A stretch of DNA of 64,000 nucleotides from an uncultured Muribaculaceae bacterium (GTDB taxonomy: Bacteria; Bacteroidota; Bacteroidia; Bacteroidales; Muribaculaceae): positions 16,947 to 80,946 of the forward strand of contig CAJUMR010000008.1 in NCBI GenBank assembly GCA_910587475.1, read 5' to 3'. A model generated the notes under the pieces. The model ran no database searches. It saw nothing but the letters and a program-made list of their open reading frames with translations, and was not told the DNA's origin. Position numbers and translations under genes: made by a program. Position 1 is the stretch's first letter; each line of letters starts with the position of its first letter. Of this stretch, positions 55,687 through 64,000 are shown one piece after another.

Positions 55687-56775
55687 ATGACATCACGTCC
55701 GTACACATTCGACAGGGTAGTGCGCATGGTTCTCGGTGTTGCAGCTGTAATCGGAGCGGTTTGGCTGATCGACACCCTTGAATATGTGCTGTTGCCTTTC
55801 TGTCTGGCTTGCCTGATCGCCTATCTGCTCGATCCGCTTGTGGAATTTAACAGAAATATCAACCATCTGAAAGGGCGTGCTGTAGCAACACTGCTCACCT
55901 TGGTCGAGGTGACGCTTGTCATCGGCGTGGTGTGCTATTTCTGTGTGCCGTCGATCATCGGCGAGATCAATCAGATGAAAGCATTGGTCAAGGACTATAC
56001 ACCGGCTCATGCTGCCGTGCCCTATGTGCCCGAACAGGTGCATGAATACATCAATCGCTTCCTTTCGTCGGAAAATATCAGATCGCTGCTCGACAGCGAC
56101 AACATAGAGACTTTTCTCGACAAGGGATCGACTCTGCTCTCGGCCTCGATCGATTTTTTGAAGCGCACGGTGCAGTGGCTTCTGACGTTTGTCTATGTGA
56201 TTTTCATTTTGCTCGACTATGAACAGCTGATGAAGAGCTTCCGCCAGCTTGTGCCGCCCAAGTACCGCAAGATCGCATATCGCATCGAAGATGACATAAA
56301 GACCAACATGAACCACTATTTCCGCGGTCAGGCGCTGATCGCGCTGTTTGCTGCGGTGTTCTACTGCATCGGTTTTTCGATTGTCGGCATACCGCTGTCG
56401 ATCGTCCTCGGCATATTGGTCGGAGTGCTGTACATGATACCTTATTTCCAGTATATCACCCTGATACCGGTTGCCGTGGTCTGTCTGATCTATTCGATGG
56501 GCGGACAGGCCGATTTCTGGCCCGTGTTCGGCCAGTGTCTGCTGGTCTATGTTATCAGCCAAAGTGTCTGCGACTATATTCTCACTCCGAAAATCATGGG
56601 TAAGGCCATGGGGCTCAATCCGGCCATCATATTGTTTTCGCTCTCAGTGTGGGGAACGTTGCTCGGCTTGATAGGCATGATCATAGCATTACCGTTGACC
56701 ACGCTTCTGCTGGCTTACTATCAGCAGTATGTCATCGATCGTCCGGCGTCCGCCGCTCAGTCGTCGGATGAGTGA
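55687..56775 (+). CDS. AI-2E family transporter
   Basis: AYLLDP, YFRGQ, IPY, LTPKIMG and GMIIALP motifs; start MTSRPY. Confidence 0.88.
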   Translation: MTSRPYTFDRVVRMVLGVAAVIGAVWLIDTLEYVLLPFCLACLIAYLLDPLVEFNRNINHLKGRAVATLLTLVEVTLVIGVVCYFCVPSIIGEINQMKALVKDYTPAHAAVPYVPEQVHEYINRFLSSENIRSLLDSDNIETFLDKGSTLLSASIDFLKRTVQWLLTFVYVIFILLDYEQLMKSFRQLVPPKYRKIAYRIEDDIKTNMNHYFRGQALIALFAAVFYCIGFSIVGIPLSIVLGILVGVLYMIPYFQYITLIPVAVVCLIYSMGGQADFWPVFGQCLLVYVISQSVCDYILTPKIMGKAMGLNPAIILFSLSVWGTLLGLIGMIIALPLTTLLLAYYQQYVIDRPASAAQSSDE

Positions 56776-58166
56776 ACGTAGGCACCGAGGTCAGGTTGCT
56801 GGCCGCGGGCGAGTCCGTAGCCGTCGGTCATGGCGCGCGGCGAAGTCAGTGACGGATCGGCCGCTCCGATTGCCGGAGACCCGGGCTTAAGACGATAGTC
56901 GAAGATGTAATCGTTGCGGACTGTGTAGTAGAGCGGATCTTCACCCCAGAGACAAGCCAGGAAATTGTCGTCGTCGCTGCCGTTGCTCTTGAGCAGGCAG
57001 TTGCGGAGCATCACGTCTGTGCCGTTGAGGTCGCCGTGCGAGAGATCGGCTCCGAGGCCGTAGATGATCGAGTTATCGATAACGGCGCGGGCATACGGGA
57101 AGTCCGACAGATCGTCAGTGTCGCCGTTGATATGGCTGAAGGCTATTGCCGGGCCTGAGATTGCGGCGAAAAGATAGTAGTTGGCAAATGTGCAGTGGTT
57201 GAACGAGTGAGAGCCGCCATGCAGCAGTACGAGGCCGCCTCCGCCTTCGGCAAACTCACATCCTGCTGCATCGACTGACGCGTGGATAGCTGCAAGCACC
57301 GTCGAGCCTGAATTGCGCAGACGGCAGTTGAGCATTGTCAGCGTTGTCGCTCCCGCTTCAGCCTCCGATCCGTCGACCGTAACGCCGTAGGTCGTGTTTT
57401 TTATTATAGTGTTAGCGAGGTCGCCGGTAGAGCCTGAGCTGAATATCACACCCTGCCATTGGCGCGACATGAGGTCGAATGATATGTCTGACACAACGTT
57501 GCCTGTGCGGTCGCCTGAAAGGATTACGGGAGCGTCGGTCGTGCCGTTTGCTACAAGAGAGCCGTCGACGGCCAGATAGGCTCCGTCGTGGAAGCACAGT
57601 CTCGCACCTTCGTTCAGTGTCAGGGTAGCTCCTTCGGCCACGACGAGCGAGTCGAATATCTGGTAAGGTTTCGGAGAGTCGAAGACGATGTCGGAGGTGA
57701 TTGTCTGTCCGTAGAGGCGGTTGACGTCCTGGCCGAAAGCCGAAAGAACAACGCTTTGCGACACACCGTTGGTCGAGAAGTCGACATAAGCGTTTATTTC
57801 GATGGGAATGTCTTCCAGCGAAGGCGGCAATGTGGCTTCAACAAAGATAAATATAGAGTCTTTGCCACGGATTTCGACGTTGGAGAATTCACGCCCGCTG
57901 AAGCCGTCGACGTTGAGTCTGAAAAATCCGGCACCTTCGCCAGAGAGGCCGATGCGGTCGATCGACAATGACTTCGACGCCGGGTTGGCCACGGTGAAGC
58001 GGTGTGTAGTGGTCATCTGTTCGGTGAATACTACTCCCATCTTGAGCGTATCGGTCGAAAACACCGGCTGGTCTGACGGCGATGTGGTGAAACTGTCGTC
58101 GATACATGCTGTCAGTGCGGTCAATGCTGTTGCTATTATTATAATGTAGTGGAGTAGTTGTCTCAT
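56757..58166 (-). CDS. Hypothetical lipoprotein with Ig-like N-terminus and right-handed beta-helix
   Basis: Lipobox LTAC plus DD; beta-helix-like repeats; C-terminal DYRLKPGSPAIG...PDLGAY. Confidence 0.65.
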   Translation of the reverse strand: MRQLLHYIIIIATALTALTACIDDSFTTSPSDQPVFSTDTLKMGVVFTEQMTTTHRFTVANPASKSLSIDRIGLSGEGAGFFRLNVDGFSGREFSNVEIRGKDSIFIFVEATLPPSLEDIPIEINAYVDFSTNGVSQSVVLSAFGQDVNRLYGQTITSDIVFDSPKPYQIFDSLVVAEGATLTLNEGARLCFHDGAYLAVDGSLVANGTTDAPVILSGDRTGNVVSDISFDLMSRQWQGVIFSSGSTGDLANTIIKNTTYGVTVDGSEAEAGATTLTMLNCRLRNSGSTVLAAIHASVDAAGCEFAEGGGGLVLLHGGSHSFNHCTFANYYLFAAISGPAIAFSHINGDTDDLSDFPYARAVIDNSIIYGLGADLSHGDLNGTDVMLRNCLLKSNGSDDDNFLACLWGEDPLYYTVRNDYIFDYRLKPGSPAIGAADPSLTSPRAMTDGYGLARGQQPDLGAYVHSSDD

Positions 58167-58288
58167 ATTGATTTTTTTGTGCTATTATTTAACGTTGTGA
58201 TGACTTAAATATTATGACCGGCTATTTTTTTGATTCGTTTTGGCCTGACTTTTTGACAAGTTCGTTACCTTTGTAAGATAAATAATAA

Positions 58289-60046
58289 ATGAACAACTCA
58301 TCTGACACAATGATAGCTGGTATAAAGATCGACCGCTCGGCATGGATGCTTCTCGCGGTCTGTGCGATTGTGATGCTTCCGTTTCTTGGCATCGCAGAGT
58401 TCAACACCAAAGGCGAGCCGCGTGAGGCTGTTGTGGCCTATTCGATATTGGACAGTGGCAACTGGATACTGCCGACAAACAATGGCGGTGAGATGCCCTA
58501 CAAACCTCCGTTCTTCCATTGGTGCATAGCTGCGGCTTCGGTGCTCAACGGTGGAGTGGTCAATGAATTCACTTCGCGGCTGCCGTCGGCTGTGGCTCTG
58601 TTGGCCATGACTGTGTGGACGTTTGTTTTTTATGCGCGTCGCAAGTCTTTGGCGCTGGCAATGGGCACCGCTCTTGTCGCATTCACAACGTTTGAACTTC
58701 ATCGGGCGGGAGCTAACTGTCGCGTCGACATGGTCTTGACAGCTGCGACAGTCGGGGCGATATACGCTCTTTTCACATGGTGGGAGCGAGGCATGAAGGG
58801 CGTGCCCTGGCTCGCTGTGCTCATGATGAGTATCGGAACGCTGACCAAAGGTCCGGTAGGCATGATAATCCCGTGTCTTGTTGCAGGAGTTTTCATGTTG
58901 TTGCGCGGAGTTAATTTCTTCAAGGCTTTTTTCCTGTTGGCAGCCTGGGGACTGATGTCGCTTGTCCTGCCTCTCGCATGGTATCTGGCGGCCTACAATC
59001 AGGGAGGACAGGAGTTCCTCGATCTTGTAATGGAAGAGAACTTCGGACGCATGACGAGCACCATGAGCTATGACTCGTGTGTCAACCCGTGGCCATATAA
59101 TGTGATGACGCTTGTGGCCGGATTTGTGCCTTGGACGCTTGCCGTGGTAATGGTCCTGTTTGTGTTGCCTTACCGCCGGTTCAAACGTCCCGCAGAGGCT
59201 GATTCCTGGTCTGCTCTGTTCGGAAAGTTCAAGACAATGCCTGCGGTCAATCTTCTCTCGGCGGTAGCGTCGGTGGTTATATTTGTATTCTACTGTATCC
59301 CCCAGAGCAAACGCAGTGTCTATCTCATGCCGATGTATCCGTTTGTCGCGTTTTTTGTCGCCCAGCTGTTGATGTGGGTGTCGCGGCGGAGCGTAAAGGT
59401 CGTAAAAGCGTTTGGCGATGTCATGGCCGCCGTCGGTGTGGCGCTGTTGTTATGTTTCCTGGCTGTAAAGGCCGGCATTGTGCCTGACTCGATGTTCGGC
59501 AATGGTCGTCATGCGGCTCAGAACATAGCGATGATGCATGCCATTGCAGGACTGTCGGGCTGGAATTGGTTGTGGGTAGCCGTAGCGCCCGCGGCTTCGC
59601 TCGCATGGTGGATGCGCTTCCGACGTAAGGCCGACGCCGATCATGGGCTTGTGTTCATCTCCGGAATTATCATGGCGATCTATATCTCGATGGCAGGAGC
59701 TTATCAGCCTGCAGTGCTCAATGTTAAGTCGGTCAAGGATATCGCTGGCGAGATTAATCGTGTTGCTCCGGAGTCGGAAGGCCGTATCTATGAGTTTATT
59801 GAGCATGGAGAGTTTGCAGCCGGAGACCCTGTGCACTATTTTGAAATTAATTTTTATATCGGCGACCGCATGGCAAGTTTCTACAAGCAGCGTCCCGAAA
59901 GCGGTTTCCTGCTCATCGGCAACGATGATGCAGCCAAGTATTTGCCTGAGTTCGAGAACGAAGGCTACGTCTTTGAGGAGCGTTACTCCACTCCGCGGCC
60001 ATTGCTCGGCCAGATGTCGAAGGTCTACCGTTTCGAAAAGCGGTAG
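58289..60046 (+). CDS. ArnT/GT83 (GT-C) family glycosyltransferase
   Basis: GEPRE, KPPFFHW, SRLPSA, LTKGPVG and KRSVYLMP motifs; about 13 TM helices. Confidence 0.85.
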   Translation: MNNSSDTMIAGIKIDRSAWMLLAVCAIVMLPFLGIAEFNTKGEPREAVVAYSILDSGNWILPTNNGGEMPYKPPFFHWCIAAASVLNGGVVNEFTSRLPSAVALLAMTVWTFVFYARRKSLALAMGTALVAFTTFELHRAGANCRVDMVLTAATVGAIYALFTWWERGMKGVPWLAVLMMSIGTLTKGPVGMIIPCLVAGVFMLLRGVNFFKAFFLLAAWGLMSLVLPLAWYLAAYNQGGQEFLDLVMEENFGRMTSTMSYDSCVNPWPYNVMTLVAGFVPWTLAVVMVLFVLPYRRFKRPAEADSWSALFGKFKTMPAVNLLSAVASVVIFVFYCIPQSKRSVYLMPMYPFVAFFVAQLLMWVSRRSVKVVKAFGDVMAAVGVALLLCFLAVKAGIVPDSMFGNGRHAAQNIAMMHAIAGLSGWNWLWVAVAPAASLAWWMRFRRKADADHGLVFISGIIMAIYISMAGAYQPAVLNVKSVKDIAGEINRVAPESEGRIYEFIEHGEFAAGDPVHYFEINFYIGDRMASFYKQRPESGFLLIGNDDAAKYLPEFENEGYVFEERYSTPRPLLGQMSKVYRFEKR

Positions 60047-60071
60047 GCTCAGCGGCGGCGCAGCATGATAT

Positions 60072-60116
60072 ACAACAAAAAAAGCTTGAACCGACCGGTT
60101 CAAGCTTTTTTGTTGT
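60072..60116. terminator. Bidirectional intrinsic terminator
   Basis: acaacaaaaaaagcttgaacc-gacc-ggttcaagcttttttgttgt between convergent genes. Confidence 0.85.
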
Positions 60117-60144
60117 CTGATATGATGAATATGTCAGATTAATC

Positions 60145-61089
60145 TTATTTGATCAGATATTGAGACGATATCGATTCGTTGTCGTGGACACGGCGGATTG
60201 TGTCGGCAAACAGTTTTGCAACAGAGATGATGGTGCATTTGTCGCAGTGTTTGCGATAGGGGATCGAGTTGGTGAATATCATTTCTGTAAGCGGGCTTTC
60301 GTTGACGCGGTCTGTTGCCGGGTCGCTCATGATGGCGTGAGAGCAGAGAGCGCGAACTGATTTTGCTCCGTTTTCCATCATCAGTGAAGCTGCCTTAACG
60401 ATTGTGCCGGCGGTGTCACACATGTCGTCGATCAGAATAACATTCTTGTCCTTGACGTCGCCGATAACTGTCATCTTGGCAACAACGTTGGCTTTAGCAC
60501 GCTGTTTGTGGCAGAGCACGAGCGGAAGGTCGAGGTATTTGGCGTAGCTGTTGGCGCGTTTCGCACCGCCTACGTCGGGAGTAGCGATGACCATGTTGTC
60601 GAGGTTGAGCGACTGGATGTAGGGGATGAACACCGACGATGCATAGAGGTGGTCAACCGGAACATTGAAGAAGCCTTGGATCTGGTCAGCGTGCAGGTCC
60701 ATGGTGATCACGCGGTTTACTCCGGCGGTCATCAGGAGGTCGGCGACAAGTTTTGCAGCAATTGACACACGCGGTTTGTCCTTGCGGTCCTGGCGTGCCC
60801 AGCCGAAATAGGGCATGACAGCGATGATCGACTTTGCTGATGCGCGTTTTGCGGCATCGATCATCAGGAGCAGCTCCATGAGGTTGTCGGTGTTGGGGAA
60901 CGTTGACTGAACGAGATAGACTTCGCAGCCGCGGATCGACTCTTCAAACGATACTTCGAATTCACCGTCGGCGAAATGCTGGATGTTCATTTTTCCGAGT
61001 TCGACGCCAAGGGACTTGCAAATCTCTTCGGCCATGTACTGTGAGTTTGTGCCGGAGAAGACTTTAAAAGGGGGTAGGGAGTTATCCAT
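60145..61089 (-). CDS. prs: Ribose-phosphate pyrophosphokinase
   Basis: FADGE, PYFGWARQDRK, DLHADQIQGFF and ILIDDMCDTAGT motifs; start MDNSLP. Confidence 0.97.
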   Translation of the reverse strand: MDNSLPPFKVFSGTNSQYMAEEICKSLGVELGKMNIQHFADGEFEVSFEESIRGCEVYLVQSTFPNTDNLMELLLMIDAAKRASAKSIIAVMPYFGWARQDRKDKPRVSIAAKLVADLLMTAGVNRVITMDLHADQIQGFFNVPVDHLYASSVFIPYIQSLNLDNMVIATPDVGGAKRANSYAKYLDLPLVLCHKQRAKANVVAKMTVIGDVKDKNVILIDDMCDTAGTIVKAASLMMENGAKSVRALCSHAIMSDPATDRVNESPLTEMIFTNSIPYRKHCDKCTIISVAKLFADTIRRVHDNESISSQYLIK

Positions 61090-61209
61090 GATTGTTGAAA
61101 TGATGAAGAATTCTTTTTCCGCGTGCAAAGTTAGCCTTTTTTTATCGTTTATGAGAGGAGTGTCACAGATTTTTTCGCCGCGCGTTGAAAAAATATTGTA
61201 AATCGGGAA

Positions 61210-61851
61210 TTAATGTCGGGTTTCACGGGCATAAATCATGTCGAACATGCATCTGAACCGTTCGTGATCAAGCAGCAGCGACTGCAGTTCTTTCAACCGC
61301 CGGGCATTGTCGCTCCACGGTATCCAGATTTTCAGATAGCCGCCGTCGCCATATTTTTCTGTTATATGGCTCAGCGCGCGGCGGTACTGATTTTCGCGGT
61401 CGAGCTCCGGATAGTTGGCAAGGCCGTACTGGATCGTGCGGCGCACGATCGTCTCAGGATCGATCATGCGGTCGGCTTCGGCGACGATCAGACCATAGCG
61501 GTTACGCGGTTTGTGGCTGTTGGATGCGCGGTGGTCTTCGACGGCTCTCCCCATCATCGCTATCTGGCGCTGTGAAAAGTGGCTTGCGACGAATGGGTCA
61601 CTTTCGAGTATCTTGCGTGAGTCGATGTGATGGTACTTGCGACCGTTGACGAGCCCTACATCGTGGAACGCTGCGGCCGTATAGACCATGTCGAGATTGA
61701 CCGGGCGCATTGATCCGGCTATTTTCAAACTTTGGTCTATGACACTCAAGGCGTGGTCCCGGCCATGAGCTTTGTCAAATGTTTCGTAGCGGGGCAATAT
61801 GCATGTCTCGACATAGTGCTGCAAGTCCGGGGATATGTCAGGCCTTTCCAC
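61210..61851 (-). CDS. HD-domain phosphohydrolase
   Basis: AH...H, AAFHDVG, EDHRAS and VAEADR motifs; a GTG start at 61851 is preferred over 61899 because it shortens the overlap with the amylase gene. Confidence 0.8.
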   Translation of the reverse strand: MERPDISPDLQHYVETCILPRYETFDKAHGRDHALSVIDQSLKIAGSMRPVNLDMVYTAAAFHDVGLVNGRKYHHIDSRKILESDPFVASHFSQRQIAMMGRAVEDHRASNSHKPRNRYGLIVAEADRMIDPETIVRRTIQYGLANYPELDRENQYRRALSHITEKYGDGGYLKIWIPWSDNARRLKELQSLLLDHERFRCMFDMIYARETRH

Positions 61852-63550
61852 CGTCTGTCTGCTTGATGTCGGATTTCGACGTCTTGAATATCGCGGCACC
61901 CTTGGCAGGCAACTTCACTTTGAACGGGACGTCGGACTTCAGATCCTTCTTTGTCGCACGGCCGCCGTTGATGAGGTCTTTCATCGTCGCTACTCCTTCG
62001 GGGAAACCGAGTACGTCGAACGCATGGCGGGGAATGTTGATTTCAACTTCTTTGTCATTGATGTCGAAGTTGACGGCGATCACTATCAGATCATCGTCGG
62101 TCGCGCGCAGGAAGGCATAGTTGCGGTGAGGGTCGAAATGATGGTTCTCGTAGTTGGCATACATCAGATCGAAGAAACGTCCGCGGCTGATGGCCGGTTG
62201 CTCGTTGCAGAGTTTCAGTATGCGGGCATAGCTGTCGCGCAGTCTGACGGTGTCGTCAGGCATGACTCCGTTGCATTTCCCTCCGTTGAGGTAGGTTCTC
62301 ACTGTCGGCATGCTCCAGTAGTCGAATATCGTAGTGCGGCCGTCATAGCCGCTGTAGCCCTCTGAGTCGAGAGCCGGCTCGCCGAGTTCCTGTCCGGCAT
62401 AGATCATCATCGGCCCGGTGTTGATCATCGAGCTGACCACTAACGACGGCATCACGCGCCGGGCGTCGCCCGCATATTGTGGCGATGCGAAGCGCTGTTC
62501 GTCGTGGTTTTCAAGAAAGTTTAGCATTTTGTCGCCGATGCCTTCGACCGTCTGCCAGCATGATGTGATGCGGGCGGCCGACACGTCGTTACATTCGATA
62601 GCTCGCAAGGTGTCATAGAGGTTGACCTTGTCGTAGAGATAGTCGAAGCCGGCGTCGATATAAGGACGGTAGAGTTGCAGGTCGTAGATTTCGGCAATGA
62701 ATATTATGCCGGGGAAAGAGTGTTTGACATTGTCGATCGCCCACTTCCAGAATTCGACAGGCACCATGTGGACCATGTCGCATCTGAAACCGTCGATGCC
62801 TTTCGCCGCCCAATAGCGCAGGATATGCAGCATCTTGAGCCATGTCGGCGGTATCGGGTCAAAGTGCTTGCTGCCGTTCCAGGGATCGACACCATAGTTG
62901 AGCTTTATGGTGTCGTACCAGTCGTTGACACCCGGAAAAGCATTGAAGCAGTCGTTGCCCGACGCTTTTGCCGGAAATTCGACGTAGGCGTCGTCGCCGC
63001 TGCCCATGTCGACATGCGGTGCGAATTGCTGGCGGGGGATATAGTAGAAGTTGTTTGTCGGCGAGAAAAACATGTCTTTGTTGTCACCGTGGCCGAGATC
63101 CTCGATGCCGGCAGGCTTGGCGTCGGACGAATACTCGCGTGCGACATGGTTGGGCACGAAGTCGATCAGCACTTTCATGCCGGCCTTGTGGGTGCGCTTT
63201 ACCAGAGCTTCGAACTCACCGATGCGGTTGTCGACGTCTTCGGCCAGATCGGGATCGATGTCATAGTAGTCGGTGATTGCATAGGGGCTGCCGGCGTGAC
63301 CTTTGATCACGTGGCGGTTATGGCGGGGGATGCCGTAGGCGGTGTAGTCGGCGTCGTGGGCGTGTTCGATCACACCTGTGTACCATACGTGGGTGGTGCC
63401 GAGCGATTTGATGTCGCGCAGAACGCGGTCGGTGATGGCGTTGAGTTTGCCCGAACCGTTACGTTCGAGTGTGCCGTTGTGGGCCGGTGCGGGACAATAG
63501 TTGGTGTACAGTCGGGGAAGCAGTTGGTAGATGACGGGTTTTACGGTCAT
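61838..63550 (-). CDS. GH13 alpha-amylase family glycoside hydrolase (no signal peptide)
   Basis: GSPYAI.DYY, DFVPNH, DGFRCDM, IAEIY and FLENHDE GH13 conserved regions. Confidence 0.9.
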   Translation of the reverse strand: MTVKPVIYQLLPRLYTNYCPAPAHNGTLERNGSGKLNAITDRVLRDIKSLGTTHVWYTGVIEHAHDADYTAYGIPRHNRHVIKGHAGSPYAITDYYDIDPDLAEDVDNRIGEFEALVKRTHKAGMKVLIDFVPNHVAREYSSDAKPAGIEDLGHGDNKDMFFSPTNNFYYIPRQQFAPHVDMGSGDDAYVEFPAKASGNDCFNAFPGVNDWYDTIKLNYGVDPWNGSKHFDPIPPTWLKMLHILRYWAAKGIDGFRCDMVHMVPVEFWKWAIDNVKHSFPGIIFIAEIYDLQLYRPYIDAGFDYLYDKVNLYDTLRAIECNDVSAARITSCWQTVEGIGDKMLNFLENHDEQRFASPQYAGDARRVMPSLVVSSMINTGPMMIYAGQELGEPALDSEGYSGYDGRTTIFDYWSMPTVRTYLNGGKCNGVMPDDTVRLRDSYARILKLCNEQPAISRGRFFDLMYANYENHHFDPHRNYAFLRATDDDLIVIAVNFDINDKEVEINIPRHAFDVLGFPEGVATMKDLINGGRATKKDLKSDVPFKVKLPAKGAAIFKTSKSDIKQTDGGKA

Positions 63551-63564
63551 ATTATAGGAAGGAT

Positions 63565-64000
63565 TTATTTTTTATTACTGGGATTCCACATTCCGGCGTC
63601 TTTGAGGGCGCGGCGTGTGTGGATGTAGCCGCTCGTGACGACGGCCTTGAGATTTTTAAGATCAAAAACTTTGTGAGACGACAACTCGGGAGTCTGGACC
63701 GACAGGTCACACATGGCCATGTCGCCGGCCTGATTGGATTTTGCCATCAGATTGTAGGTGCGCATGGCGACATCGAGGATCGACAGCTTTTTGCCCGGCA
63801 AGCGCATGGGGCTGACATTAATGCCTATCAGACGCTCGCATTTGTCGCGGATGATCCAGGCCGGATGGTTGCGCAGCACACCGCCGTCGACATAGTTGAC
63901 ACCGTCGATTTTCACCGGCTTGAATACAATAGGGATCGAGCACGACGCTGCCATGCGGTCGCCGATAGCTCCTGTGTGGAATTCGACAGCACAGCCATTG
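63565..64000 (-). CDS. Patatin-like phospholipase (3' part; start lies beyond the window)
   Basis: ASCSIP..F.PV...YVDGGV motif; frame stays open to the window end. Confidence 0.85.
   Translation of the reverse strand, partial: NGCAVEFHTGAIGDRMAASCSIPIVFKPVKIDGVNYVDGGVLRNHPAWIIRDKCERLIGINVSPMRLPGKKLSILDVAMRTYNLMAKSNQAGDMAMCDLSVQTPELSSHKVFDLKNLKAVVTSGYIHTRRALKDAGMWNPSNKK

Overview
Gene-dense 64 kb chromosomal window from a Bacteroidales bacterium. The evidence is TAnnTTTG -7 promoter motifs, AT-rich leaders without Shine-Dalgarno sites, and Bacteroidetes-type gene content; Muribaculaceae is plausible but is an inference. Most of the window is housekeeping and envelope genes: BASS transporter, Crp and DUF6377 regulators, lrgAB, a glycine-lipid acyltransferase pair, Wzx, rpsF-rpsR-rplI, a TPP-riboswitch thiamine operon, rsgA, tgt, dprA, nnr, hisS, OmpA, a TonB-dependent receptor/HMA pair, hemW, an AddB-like nuclease, holB, mlaEF, tRNA-His, a polyferredoxin/AKR pair, prs and a GH13 enzyme. 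The standout is an AT-richer accessory block (about 11.5-19.2 kb). It holds five beta-propeller-type lipoproteins, three NVEALA-like secreted peptide genes and a CxxC lipoprotein. One peptide gene is missing from the ORF track, and the other two carry a conserved 4-Cys core and are translationally coupled to a lipoprotein gene. The two peptide-lipoprotein cassettes are a duplication sharing a ~592 bp identical patch. Also notable are two promoter-plus-hairpin small-RNA candidates, a SAM methyltransferase inside a thiC-less thiamine operon, and a rare Shine-Dalgarno site before rpsR. All calls come from motif recognition by eye; no database searches were run.
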